This document shows positions 26,419 through 35,380 of a DNA stretch of 64,000 nt, one piece after another; position 1 is the first letter of the stretch, and each line of letters opens with the position of its first letter. The notes below the pieces were generated by a model, which worked only from the letters and a program-made list of their open reading frames with translations, ran no database searches and was not told where the DNA came from. This DNA comes from a virus, in IMG/VR virus record IMGVR_UViG_3300028610_001991. One strand, given 5' to 3'. The translations under genes and the position numbers were made by a program.

Positions 26419-26584
26419 TTTTGTTATCGTCTAAATACTGAAGTAGCTCTGCTACGTTACAGAATCTTTTGATCTCTTTCTCTGTAGATACCTCACTGGG
26501 TAATAACCTTTTCTTCGGATATGTAACAACAAAATAATCTTTCATACTTTCCTCCTTTACCTGTCTATTCGTTTTAAAAGCCAA
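26369..26584 (-). CDS. hypothetical protein
   Basis: GGAGG RBS before MKDYF. Confidence 0.6.
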   Translation of the reverse strand: MAFKTNRQVKEESMKDYFVVTYPKKRLLPSEVSTEKEIKRFCNVAELLQYLDDNKNEKICVYEAECLLDWS

Positions 26585-26745
26585 CTAACACGCTTTAGCC
26601 ATTTATCTCTTTTATGTACCATTAATCCTGTTGCGTATACGTATGTAAGGCTTGCATTCTGTGCAACTAACATGGCTTTACACTTATCATACCTATATGC
26701 CTTCTTTACGCAAAAGGATATTAAGCTATGAACAATAAGCCTCAC
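26557..26745 (-). CDS. basic hypothetical protein
   Basis: Co-directional. Confidence 0.5.
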   Translation of the reverse strand: MRLIVHSLISFCVKKAYRYDKCKAMLVAQNASLTYVYATGLMVHKRDKWLKRVSWLLKRIDR

Positions 26746-27020
26746 GCTATAGCCTTCTGTAGCCCGTCAATAACAGCCTGTACCATCTTGTCATCATCTC
26801 CCGGTATAGCAACTACGCTCTTAGGGCCTTCATAGTTACTATAGAATACGTACTTCATCACACTAACCTGCTTCCTGCCTTTATAAGAGCCTTTTACTAC
26901 GAGTATGTGTGAGACTGATGATACCTCAATAGCCTGAATAATCTCCTGATCTGCATTAAGTTTGTACTTAGAAGTTTCCATTAAATCCTCCCTTGTAATT
27001 GGTTTTGGTGGACATATCAT
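26742..27020 (-). CDS. hypothetical protein
   Basis: Coupled ORF. Confidence 0.65.
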   Translation of the reverse strand: MICPPKPITREDLMETSKYKLNADQEIIQAIEVSSVSHILVVKGSYKGRKQVSVMKYVFYSNYEGPKSVVAIPGDDDKMVQAVIDGLQKAIA

Positions 27021-27754
27021 ATCTTTAGCCTTATTCTACTGATAAGTTTCCTTACAGAGCCATAGGATGCTATTCTGCCATACTTAGTGATAAGCATGTT
27101 ATACACTAGCTCCGTATTCATCTTCCTTAGCTGGATATCCGTTAGCATCACTTTAAGCTTATCCGTTGTTGTCTGTCTCTTAAAGTTACCTCGACTTATC
27201 TCTCTAATAGCGTTTACCTTATTTCGGAAATACTCAAACTTACCGTCCTTCTCCTTACCTATGAAATCTGATAACCAATCATTAGCTGTCTGCTTACCAC
27301 ATGATATGTTGATTAGTGTTAGCTTAGGATTCTCTTTTATACGGCTCTCTATCCAGTCTAGTTTAGCCTCTTTATCTTTAACACTTCTAAGGTTCTCTTG
27401 CTGTGTTTCTTTCATGTTGCCTTTATGTCCGTCACCTATACTAACGAAATCAGCTATGCTCTCATGCTCTACAACTACATCCGCATGGCTATTACTCTCC
27501 TTTTTCATACTTTCATCCACCAACTTATCTAAGCTTTCTATCTGGTAGGAATCGAGCATATCCTTATTTTCGAGATAGCGTCTGTCTCCTCTGATTGTTT
27601 CTATTACAATCTTAGCTAAGGCCTGTTCTGCGCCCTTAGCATCCTCCTTGAAGCTAACTGTATCCATAACTTCTGCTATCTCTAATACATGTATGTTGAA
27701 ATCATTTAACCCTATTTCAGCTATAATCAAGTCTCTTACGAGTATGTCATCCAT
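27017..27754 (-). CDS. hypothetical protein, possible C-terminal HTH
   Basis: AGGAGGTGA RBS; 245 aa. Confidence 0.75.
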   Translation of the reverse strand: MDDILVRDLIIAEIGLNDFNIHVLEIAEVMDTVSFKEDAKGAEQALAKIVIETIRGDRRYLENKDMLDSYQIESLDKLVDESMKKESNSHADVVVEHESIADFVSIGDGHKGNMKETQQENLRSVKDKEAKLDWIESRIKENPKLTLINISCGKQTANDWLSDFIGKEKDGKFEYFRNKVNAIREISRGNFKRQTTTDKLKVMLTDIQLRKMNTELVYNMLITKYGRIASYGSVRKLISRIRLKI

Positions 27755-27770
27755 TAGGTATCACCTCCTT

Positions 27771-28124
27771 TTAACTACGGATTAACTCTCTAATAGTTTG
27801 ATTCTGAGCTTTAAACTCCCTGAGTTTATACAAATAGCCTTTACTTCTTACATACAGCTCAGCTAGTGCGTACTTCAGATTCCTCATAGCCTGTTTCTTT
27901 GTTGCTACTGTCATCTCCGGAACTTGACTAAGATCATTAAAGTCCACAGTAATCTCTTTATCTAATAGTTCCACTGTACCTGCTAACCTGGCAATCTTAC
28001 TGTCTAATACATCAGGACTAACACCATAAAACATCCTTCCCAGGATACTGTAAGTCCTCTGAATACATGGCTTTTCAAACTCATCAAAATCTCTAAATGT
28101 GACATCATTTAATAATTCTTGCAT
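27771..28124 (-). CDS. hypothetical protein
   Basis: GGAGG RBS before MQELLND. Confidence 0.7.
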   Translation of the reverse strand: MQELLNDVTFRDFDEFEKPCIQRTYSILGRMFYGVSPDVLDSKIARLAGTVELLDKEITVDFNDLSQVPEMTVATKKQAMRNLKYALAELYVRSKGYLYKLREFKAQNQTIRELIRS

Positions 28125-28125
28125 A

Positions 28126-28368
28126 CTACACCTCCATATAGATTGGTTTATTAGAGAACATATATTTAATTTCCCTGTTCTCTCTAATAGGGGAAATGTG
28201 GGTAAACTTTGTTGAACTACCCTGTAGTACTGCTCTTGCTGCACTGATACCGGTTAACCAATACTTACCTTGTATAGCAGCAATAGCTTCTTCTCTAGAC
28301 ATTAACTCCTGCAGCTTACTCTCTTTCCAGCACTCATTCTTTTTAATATAAGCAATGTATCTATTCAC
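28126..28368 (-). CDS. hypothetical protein, paralog of 28549-28812
   Basis: Shared F..ISP..., Y.FS..PIY.EV C-terminus. Confidence 0.7.
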   Translation of the reverse strand: MNRYIAYIKKNECWKESKLQELMSREEAIAAIQGKYWLTGISAARAVLQGSSTKFTHISPIRENREIKYMFSNKPIYMEV

Positions 28369-28559
28369 TATGCCTCCTTTTTAGTATATAGTGGACGAAA
28401 CATACATGTAGATAAATCGTTAAAACACAGCACTCTCCAATACTTATGAGGATAGTCGTCAGGTACCCTTCCCGCTTCTTTTAGTTGTCTCATGTCTACA
28501 GCCTTGCAGTAATGACCACTCCCGTCCTCATGGTAGTTTAAACAATCGTTATGAGACAT
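28368..28559 (-). CDS. small Cys-containing protein
   Basis: GGAGG RBS. Confidence 0.65.
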   Translation of the reverse strand: MSHNDCLNYHEDGSGHYCKAVDMRQLKEAGRVPDDYPHKYWRVLCFNDLSTCMFRPLYTKKEA

Positions 28560-28812
28560 TTGTTACCTCCTTGTAAATAGGATTATGACTGAAAAGGTAG
28601 AAAGTCTTCTTCTTAGCAGAAACATACACAGGTGAAATAAAGCTAAAGTTAGTAGTAGTCTTTTTAGCATAGACAGCTTTAGCCATAAACTCTGTGCCTA
28701 TGAAGTGAAAATCTCCTGCATACAGCTTCGTTGCTGCCTCCTGCAGTGTCTTTATCCTTGACACTGCCCTCCTGTGCCAGCCCTCATGTTTTTTAGTGTA
28801 AATACTAAACAT
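28549..28812 (-). CDS. hypothetical protein, paralog of 28126-28368
   Basis: Shared C-terminal motif. Confidence 0.7.
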   Translation of the reverse strand: MFSIYTKKHEGWHRRAVSRIKTLQEAATKLYAGDFHFIGTEFMAKAVYAKKTTTNFSFISPVYVSAKKKTFYLFSHNPIYKEVTNVS

Positions 28813-29044
28813 AAGCCATCACCCCCTTTATTTTTCTTTCTATTTGCATTAACTTGATTAAACCCGGCTCAGCATCGATCTTCTTCAGATTAACACTAGC
28901 TATAATCAACCTTCTTGCCTGCTCTAGCTGCTCTAGTCTCATCCTCTTATAATCAATAGCAGGCCTGTCATAGCAACGAATACACACACCCTCTGTACAC
29001 TTAAAACACTTAGCTTTTATGTTTAATTCATGCATTCTACTCAC
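28805..29044 (-). CDS. hypothetical protein
   Basis: CxxC pairs. Confidence 0.65.
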   Translation of the reverse strand: MSRMHELNIKAKCFKCTEGVCIRCYDRPAIDYKRMRLEQLEQARRLIIASVNLKKIDAEPGLIKLMQIERKIKGVMAYV

Positions 29045-29258
29045 CTCCTTGAGTTAGTTCTGTAATACTTCTTCTTCCGGATAACCGTACAGCAAGATTG
29101 TCATCACCAACTGAATACAATAACCCAGGCATGTCCGGAACAACCTCAGCTAGTGTAAGATACTTTGGCCTAGGCATAAGCCTCTGTAGAGCCCTTTCCA
29201 TATCAAGCTGCGCTCTAACCTTACGATTCCACTGATAACTCTTTTTGTTAATAGCCAT
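29037..29258 (-). CDS. hypothetical protein
   Basis: AGGAGG RBS. Confidence 0.65.
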   Translation of the reverse strand: MAINKKSYQWNRKVRAQLDMERALQRLMPRPKYLTLAEVVPDMPGLLYSVGDDNLAVRLSGRRSITELTQGGE

Positions 29259-29270
29259 ACTCTCCTCCTT

Positions 29271-29540
29271 TTAATTTGATTCAACTACTCTAAGCTCGCA
29301 GTCTTTAACTGAGCAAGCCTTACAACCAATACCTCTATGAATACAATACATAGCTTCAACACCAAATATGCCATCTTGACATTTTTGACATAAACCATTT
29401 ATACGAAACTCTTTAACGCTAAGAACATCTTTAAACTCAGTAACAGGATTAATGTCTTTTTTACATAAAGGGCATTTGCTTTGCTCAACATTGTTTACTG
29501 CATCCCTAAAGCCTACTTTCTTTATTAAATCTTTATTCAT
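29271..29540 (-). CDS. Zn-binding phage protein
   Basis: CPLC...EF.D.LS..EF.I.GLCQKCQD.IFG. Confidence 0.7.
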   Translation of the reverse strand: MNKDLIKKVGFRDAVNNVEQSKCPLCKKDINPVTEFKDVLSVKEFRINGLCQKCQDGIFGVEAMYCIHRGIGCKACSVKDCELRVVESN

Positions 29541-29591
29541 AACAACAGCCTCCGTACCTGCCTACCTTTCGGTTAGGACTTATAGGTAAAC

Positions 29592-29651
29592 TGCCAGTGA
29601 TGGGAATCGAACCCAATAGCCTTATTATTTCAGCTTCAACCTGACACTGGC
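29592..29651 (-). ncRNA. 60-nt tRNA-like element lacking an anticodon arm
   Basis: Acceptor GCCAGTG/CACTGGC+A, T-arm TGGG-TTCGATT-CCCA, D-like stem TCAG/CTGA. Confidence 0.6.
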
Positions 29652-29665
29652 GATTAATGAACATT

Positions 29666-29821
29666 CTACTTACTTTTCTTTAATTTGTTTAATGCTCTCT
29701 GGATGTTTACATAAGTAACCAGTTTGTCATCCTTCAAATAAAATCTCATCTTGTTTCCGTTCTCTGTAACTTTTGTGATTCTTGTGCAATACCCAAGATT
29801 AATGTGATTCGCATATTCCAT
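29666..29821 (-). CDS. 51-aa protein, first gene of the minus-strand block (not in ORF track)
   Basis: AAGGAG RBS; MEYANHINLGYC... Confidence 0.6.
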   Translation of the reverse strand: MEYANHINLGYCTRITKVTENGNKMRFYLKDDKLVTYVNIQRALNKLKKSK

Positions 29822-29943
29822 TTGTTTCTCCTTCGCTTAGGGTTAAACTCGGATCAACCAACTACGGATGGGTGCCCCTTATTCCCAAGCTGTTAAATCA
29901 TATTTATTTACTATTTAACTACCCTCCCCAGCGCACTTGGGTG

Positions 29944-30160
29944 AGGTTCGTTTTTATAGGGGGTCATGGTGAAACGTATCTAAAAATACGAAGGTTCGTA
30001 CTATAGGGGGTCATGGTGATTTATAGGAAGGTCGGGAAAAACGTATCTGAAAATATATCCGGTCTCTTTTTACTCTATAATGTATGTCCGGTCTTCTTTT
30101 ACTCTTTTTATAGAGGGTGGTCGAAAAAAGCGTATCTGAAAATATGGCGGGCACTACTGT
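29944..30160. repeat. cluster of imperfect direct repeats at the divergent strand switch
   Basis: TATAGGGGGTCATGGTGA x2, CGTATCT(G/A)AAAAT x3, CCGGTCT..TTTTACTCT x2. Confidence 0.8.
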
Positions 30161-30428
30161 TACTCTTACTCTGGTCTTATTGTTATTCTCTCTGATAGTA
30201 TAATGAATGATCCTGCATTTTTTCTTTTGACTATGTACCTACCGGTCAAATTCAAACCGAATTTAAAATGATAACTATTATGTTAGACCTCTTTGTATAC
30301 TGCACACACTTACCTTATCCCTCCTACACTTTTTATGCATAAATATACCCTTTTATCTTATTTCTCTACGCTTTTACTGCATTTCTTTACACATCTGTTT
30401 ATTTCTCTACGTATCTTTTGTGCTATTA

Positions 30429-30457
30429 TTGACAATACTGTAATTATGTTATATAAT
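30429..30457 (+). promoter_or_regulatory. consensus sigma70/sigmaA promoter
   Basis: TTGACA-17-TATAAT at start of plus-strand block. Confidence 0.9.
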
Positions 30458-30536
30458 TTAAGTAAGTAGAGGGACGCTAAGGGAGGAAGATAATATGATA
30501 ACTTTAATGTATGTATATAAAAGATAGAGACCTCCC

Positions 30537-30806
30537 TTGAAAAAGATATCCAGAAGCGATATACAAAAATTATTTGGGGATGAGAATATTGACCTCCTTA
30601 TTGATAGTGGTATTAAAGCCGGTACTGATATACGTAGTATACGTATAGTTATAGTAGACTATCTCTTATGTAAGTTTTTTGGAGATAGTGATAGAGAAGA
30701 GTTTAAGGAATATCCTGTTAGCGGTAAGCTGCGTATTAGCGGTAAGCTGCGTGAAAATATAGAAATAGGGGAGAATAGGTATGGACGTAAAAAACGTAGA
30801 TTTTGA
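30537..30806 (+). CDS. hypothetical protein
   Basis: First ORF after promoter; TTG start. Confidence 0.5.
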   Translation: MKKISRSDIQKLFGDENIDLLIDSGIKAGTDIRSIRIVIVDYLLCKFFGDSDREEFKEYPVSGKLRISGKLRENIEIGENRYGRKKRRF

Positions 30807-31155
30807 AAAGATAAATAGAGAAGCTATACTCAGTTTAGAAGAGGACAGTGAGAAAAGATTAGAGTATAGGAGTTCAACTGAATATAGGATATTGAAAAGA
30901 AAGATAATTGAACACTGTTATGCTGATAACCATATTGTAGACAATGAGTATGTAGATACTCTTTTTGATAATGTTACTAATGATGAGTTCGTATACTTCT
31001 TTGAATGTACTGTGTTTGATAAAAAAAGGACGGTGGTAGGTGTGTCTCCTTCTGAGAGCGTTATTGTTTATGGACTAACATTTATAGTGACTTTCGGTCA
31101 GGATGCAAGTTACGAAGTATATAAAGAGAGGAAAGATGAAACCAATAGTGTTTAA
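30781..31155 (+). CDS. acidic hypothetical protein
   Basis: GGAG RBS. Confidence 0.7.
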   Translation: MDVKNVDFEKINREAILSLEEDSEKRLEYRSSTEYRILKRKIIEHCYADNHIVDNEYVDTLFDNVTNDEFVYFFECTVFDKKRTVVGVSPSESVIVYGLTFIVTFGQDASYEVYKERKDETNSV

Positions 31156-31384
31156 AGAAAGCAATGTTACATTTGCTAAAGATCAAAAGCAGTATTTACC
31201 TTTACCTGCTTTTAAGAATGAAAATGGTCATGTAATTTCATGCTGGAAGTTATCGCTAGTAGAAAGAATGAAATTACTATTTACAGGTAAACTATGGATG
31301 AATATACTTTCGTTTAATAAACCGCTATCTCCTATTTTACCAAGTGTTAAATATCCTTTTATAAAAGATAAAAATGATGGGTAA
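31136..31384 (+). CDS. conserved phage protein
   Basis: MKPIVF.E.NV.FAKDQ..YLPLPA, ISCWKLS..ER. Confidence 0.75.
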   Translation: MKPIVFKESNVTFAKDQKQYLPLPAFKNENGHVISCWKLSLVERMKLLFTGKLWMNILSFNKPLSPILPSVKYPFIKDKNDG

Positions 31385-31601
31385 GCTGCATACTATACGA
31401 AGATATATACTGCGTGATCCTGAACGTTTTATTGATGGTTACTGGAGTGATGGTACAAAAAGATTTAAAGGTGTACGTTACGATAAAGGTAAAACATCAA
31501 CAGTAAACCGGTTCACTTACTCATATAGGTCATTTGTTAAACATATATTAGCTGGAGTAGGCATGTCCGACGACAGGGAGAGGAATAGCGATGGTACCTG
31601 A
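31374..31601 (+). CDS. hypothetical protein (3' end overlaps tRNA-like RNA)
   Basis: Coupled ORF. Confidence 0.55.
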   Translation: MMGKLHTIRRYILRDPERFIDGYWSDGTKRFKGVRYDKGKTSTVNRFTYSYRSFVKHILAGVGMSDDRERNSDGT

Positions 31602-31673
31602 TGGGTTCACAGCTTATCCTTTGCTAATGGGTTAATCGCCATTGTTAGGCAGGTTCGAATCCTGCCTCCAGCA
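31551..31673 (+). tRNA. atypical 123-nt tRNA-like RNA, candidate anticodon CAC (Val)
   Basis: Acceptor GCTGGAG/CTCCAGC+A, canonical T-arm GCAGG-TTCGAAT-CCTGC, stem GATGGG/CTTATC around TTCACAG, long variable arm AATGG/CCATT, extra 5' insert. Confidence 0.6.
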
Positions 31674-31689
31674 TATTTAGAGGGAAATA

Positions 31690-32178
31690 ATGAAATTGAA
31701 AGACATACCGGCACTAGAGTGGCACAGTTTTAAGGTTAATAGTAGTAATGTTAGAAAATACTTAAATGCTGTTATAGATGAAAACGAAAAGCTTAAAGAA
31801 GCAGGATCAGCGTGTGTAGAGTTATTAAGAGAAATGACTAACCTATATATTGCAGCTGATCATTCTGATTCCATACTTGCTTTTACAATAGCGCAGCGCT
31901 TTATAGATTTAATAGGGGGGGAACGGATGGGAGCATTTGACGCATTTTATAAGGGCGAGAAAGCAAAAGAGTATTACAGGAAAGCTAAACTATTTGAAAA
32001 ATTATCTTTTGATTTGAATATTAATGTTCGTAAACTTGAAGACGTGAATAAACAACTTCAATTAAAGTACAGTGAATTAATAATGGCAGTTGGGAACAAA
32101 TATAAAGGTGAGACCAGGCATGAGACTGCTTTACGTTATATTAAAAATGCTGAACGTGTAAGAGGGAAGGGGAAATGA
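31690..32178 (+). CDS. hypothetical protein
   Basis: Coiled coil; C-terminal KY.GETRHETALRYI..AE motif. Confidence 0.75.
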   Translation: MKLKDIPALEWHSFKVNSSNVRKYLNAVIDENEKLKEAGSACVELLREMTNLYIAADHSDSILAFTIAQRFIDLIGGERMGAFDAFYKGEKAKEYYRKAKLFEKLSFDLNINVRKLEDVNKQLQLKYSELIMAVGNKYKGETRHETALRYIKNAERVRGKGK

Positions 32179-32372
32179 AGAAAGAATTAACAGGGAAGGA
32201 TGCAGCTGAGATAGTTGACAGATCCACAATCTTTATGCTAAAGGAAAGGATTGGACAATTAGAAGCTGAACATAAACGATTATTAAAAAAGGTAAGGTGT
32301 GGGTGTGGAAAGAAAGCCAATACTCACCTATGTAGTGACTGTTACGTAAATGACTTAGTAGATTTACATTGA
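32175..32372 (+). CDS. hypothetical protein
   Basis: Coiled coil plus C.CG..CSDC. Confidence 0.65.
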   Translation: MKKELTGKDAAEIVDRSTIFMLKERIGQLEAEHKRLLKKVRCGCGKKANTHLCSDCYVNDLVDLH

Positions 32373-32382
32373 GGAGAGTATA

Positions 32383-32601
32383 ATGAAATGTAAAAAATGC
32401 GGTACTACTATTAGTGCATGGACTGATATAAAAGAAGAACCTCCTGAAAGAAAGCTACTGATAATAACAGACGGCAAAAAAAATGTCGGTGTAGCTTTTT
32501 ACTATAAGTACTGTCAGAAGTTTTTTGTTGGTGATCTTGAATGTAAAAATGTTGTACAATGGACGCTCTTGCCTAAGCCTACAAAAAAGAGGAAAGCATG
32601 A
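32383..32601 (+). CDS. DUF551-like small protein
   Basis: W..IKEEPP...V..W..LP.P pattern. Confidence 0.6.
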   Translation: MKCKKCGTTISAWTDIKEEPPERKLLIITDGKKNVGVAFYYKYCQKFFVGDLECKNVVQWTLLPKPTKKRKA

Positions 32602-32795
32602 AACTAAAATATCCGGCATCTCATTTTGTAAGTACTCCGTCTGGAAAAACATATGCTTGCGAAAAACATCTATCGGCGATAAGAGCTATATATAGGGTGT
32701 TAGGTTGTAATACGGAAGTAATTAAATTAAATAAGAAAGGTAAACACGAGTGCGACAATTGTGTTAACGAGAATAGTATAAATAATGATACATAA
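32598..32795 (+). CDS. small Zn-binding protein
   Basis: H..TPSG..Y AC..H, C.NC. Confidence 0.65.
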   Translation: MKLKYPASHFVSTPSGKTYACEKHLSAIRAIYRVLGCNTEVIKLNKKGKHECDNCVNENSINNDT

Positions 32796-33012
32796 ATTAG
32801 AATATAGCTACTATACGAAGAAAGCAATAATAAATGGCAGAACAAAATTCAAGCATGAAGATTTTCGTAAAGGTATCCTGGATTTTGATACTAATAAATA
32901 CTGGGATGATGAAAATAATTATTATAATGTTGTATCTGATTTTCTACAGGATTCAGGTGTAAAGAAAGGGTATATGCTTACAGTAATTAAGAAGGAGGAA
33001 AAGGATGACTAA
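32785..33012 (+). CDS. hypothetical protein
   Basis: Coupled ORF. Confidence 0.6.
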   Translation: MIHKLEYSYYTKKAIINGRTKFKHEDFRKGILDFDTNKYWDDENNYYNVVSDFLQDSGVKKGYMLTVIKKEEKDD

Positions 33013-33607
33013 AACTGAATTTGTTGCTAAGTACAAAATAGATTTTCAAGGAGTAAGGGACTTAGAGGGCATCTTAGATGATAATGCTAAGGATACTTTC
33101 AGCGAATATTTAATTAAACACAAATTAAAACCTGACATTGAAAAAGGGATTGAAGCTGGTGATTTTATCCAAACTACAGATATGGAGGAGTATACCGCGA
33201 CAGGTGTAGTTGCATCTATTAAAGGGAAGATTGTAGTTTGGTGTACTAATAGAAAATTTAAGTCTGATGATTTAAATAACTTTAAGTCTGTAAAAATTGT
33301 AGCTAAGAAAGATACTCAAGAGTGGGAGACTTTATTTATAAGTAACTTTGGTAATTTAAATTATTGCTCTGATACTGAAATTAATGCTCTACGGGGCTCC
33401 CTTAGAAGTTTAAATGTTAAAGAAGAGCTATTATCTTTTATCCCTGAAGTAGGATCAGAGTTAAAAAGAATAACAGATAATCTTGCAACGGCCAACCACG
33501 ATATAAATATTTATAAAGACTTAGTAGGTCAGGTCGCTCCTGGTATGTTAAAGTTAGTAGAACAATATGAAAAAAGACTAAAACAAAAATTAGAAAAACA
33601 ACAATGA
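33005..33607 (+). CDS. hypothetical protein
   Basis: GGAGG RBS; 200 aa. Confidence 0.8.
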   Translation: MTKTEFVAKYKIDFQGVRDLEGILDDNAKDTFSEYLIKHKLKPDIEKGIEAGDFIQTTDMEEYTATGVVASIKGKIVVWCTNRKFKSDDLNNFKSVKIVAKKDTQEWETLFISNFGNLNYCSDTEINALRGSLRSLNVKEELLSFIPEVGSELKRITDNLATANHDINIYKDLVGQVAPGMLKLVEQYEKRLKQKLEKQQ

Positions 33608-33984
33608 AGCATTACTACTTTGGCTGTAATAAACAGGCCGGACATTTTTGGTTTACTTCTGTTAATAAAGGAGAATATTTAATCCCACACTGTAGCTTTA
33701 GTATACCAAAAGAACTAGGTAGTATTAGAACATCTATTGACAGCTCATTTTGCCCTGCAGACACCGAGGTAGAAGGAATCTCTAACCTTTGGCTTTTGAT
33801 CTCAGGTAAAAAAAGATGGACAATATTATCTTTTTGGGATCACAGTGTTGACAGTAGGCCCGGAAGTAATAGTAACTTTGTAATAGAAGGAGAGCATAAT
33901 TTCAATAAAATGATAAATTTAATAACTAAATATTTTCCTTTTATTATAACACGGTTTCATTTTGACATAAAGATGCAGGGATAG
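33604..33984 (+). CDS. conserved phage protein
   Basis: YFGC...AGHFW, WTILSFWD.SVD.RPGSNS.F. Confidence 0.75.
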   Translation: MKHYYFGCNKQAGHFWFTSVNKGEYLIPHCSFSIPKELGSIRTSIDSSFCPADTEVEGISNLWLLISGKKRWTILSFWDHSVDSRPGSNSNFVIEGEHNFNKMINLITKYFPFIITRFHFDIKMQG

Positions 33985-33985
33985 T

Positions 33986-34219
33986 ATGATTGAAGTTTAT
34001 GTAGAATGGTATGACAGTCAGTCTTCTAATGTATGGACTGAAAAAAAGGACATTCACTATAAACATATACCGGCAGTAACAAAAGGATATAGAGTAAAAG
34101 AGACAGACAAGTATATTGTTGTTAGTCATTCCTATGACAAAGAAACCAACAGCTGGTGTGGATATTTACTTATACCCAAATGCAGCATAATTAAAATAGA
34201 GAAAAAGGTAAGCAGATAA
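33986..34219 (+). CDS. conserved small phage protein
   Basis: V.V.W.DS...W, GY...ET, IPK..I.KI. Confidence 0.7.
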   Translation: MIEVYVEWYDSQSSNVWTEKKDIHYKHIPAVTKGYRVKETDKYIVVSHSYDKETNSWCGYLLIPKCSIIKIEKKVSR

Positions 34220-34280
34220 ATGAACACCCAAACATTAATCATTTTAAAGACTAGATATATAATAGTACTAGAAAAAGAAG

Positions 34281-34538
34281 GTGTATGTGGGTGATAGTAC
34301 ATTATCAAAAAAAGAAATTGAAGATTTATTAGGCTCTGCAGAAGAGTTTAAAAAAATAGGGAAAAATAAACCACGCTCTTTACCTGGAAAAATGAAAAGG
34401 GCATTATCTAGGATGGATAATGAATTTAAAGGGAAAAGGTTATATTATGAGGATGGTGAATATTATGTATGCTGCAAAGATGTACCTGGTTTATATTGTA
34501 AAGTAGATAGTTTACGGAGGATATATGGGACAAACTGA
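34281..34538 (+). CDS. hypothetical protein
   Basis: Co-directional. Confidence 0.55.
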   Translation: MYVGDSTLSKKEIEDLLGSAEEFKKIGKNKPRSLPGKMKRALSRMDNEFKGKRLYYEDGEYYVCCKDVPGLYCKVDSLRRIYGTN

Positions 34539-34687
34539 AAGAAAATACAGCAAAAACAAAAAGCGATGCACTAAATGTAATATAGTATTCCGGGGCTTAT
34601 TTATCGCATATAAAACACGGGTATACTGTATGACATGCGGAAGTAAAATTGAAGTTTCACCCACTATAAGTATAGGTGAGTATATAA

Positions 34688-34930
34688 GTGCAGCATGAAT
34701 TTTCTGAATGGTTTAATATTGATGATTATAAGAAACATTTAACCAGAAATATGAATGAGGTATACTTACTATACAATTTTAAAAAAGGAAATTTGTTGGT
34801 CTATATAAATGGTGTAAAAATAGATGAAATTGAAAATGTGCCTATATCCGGATCAGATATGACAAAAAAAAGTACATTTATAATACCGTCTGTAGTTTTT
34901 AAGTATTTATCAAATGCTGAATATAATTAA
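34688..34930 (+). CDS. hypothetical protein
   Basis: Co-directional. Confidence 0.5.
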   Translation: MQHEFSEWFNIDDYKKHLTRNMNEVYLLYNFKKGNLLVYINGVKIDEIENVPISGSDMTKKSTFIIPSVVFKYLSNAEYN

Positions 34931-34947
34931 AATAAAAGGAGAAACTT

Positions 34948-35187
34948 ATGAGTAAAAGAATTGTAAGTGCAATACGCATACCGGCACATAAGCTTATATT
35001 TAAAATGCGGCACAGAGAACCATTTCGTAACAAGATATGCCGGTTTGTAGCCAGACATTTACCTGATAGATTAATTTATTTTGTTGTTATATGGGTGGGC
35101 GCTCAATGCTCTAGCGCTAATAATAAACCTGTGCCGGATATAACATGGCAAGATATGGCAAAACACTATGAAAAGAGAGATTATTAA
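34948..35187 (+). CDS. hypothetical protein
   Basis: AAGGAG RBS. Confidence 0.65.
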   Translation: MSKRIVSAIRIPAHKLIFKMRHREPFRNKICRFVARHLPDRLIYFVVIWVGAQCSSANNKPVPDITWQDMAKHYEKRDY

Positions 35188-35365
35188 TAATCGGTTTTTA
35201 GGGATATGTCAGAAATGCGGAAATAAGGTTAGAGTAAGATTATCCGAAGAAGCTACTTTAGCCTTCAGAGTTAAAGAATTAAAAAAGATAGTGGGTATAT
35301 ATGCCACCAATGAATGCTGCCCTGCACCAAATAGATGTAAAGGTGGTTATAAAATAAAACATTAA
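35168..35365 (+). CDS. small Zn-binding protein
   Basis: CQKCG...CC....C. Confidence 0.55.
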   Translation: MKREIINNRFLGICQKCGNKVRVRLSEEATLAFRVKELKKIVGIYATNECCPAPNRCKGGYKIKH

Positions 35366-35380
35366 AAGAGAGGTAAGTAA

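Noticed and set aside
30013-30195. 60-aa ORF in the switch region
   Set aside because: It lies upstream of the consensus promoter and is made of the DNA repeats; probably non-coding.
31551-31673. tRNA-Sec (TTCA in loop) or tmRNA
   Set aside because: The stem only closes around CAC, the acceptor is 7 bp rather than 8, there is no G3-U70 pair and no tag ORF.
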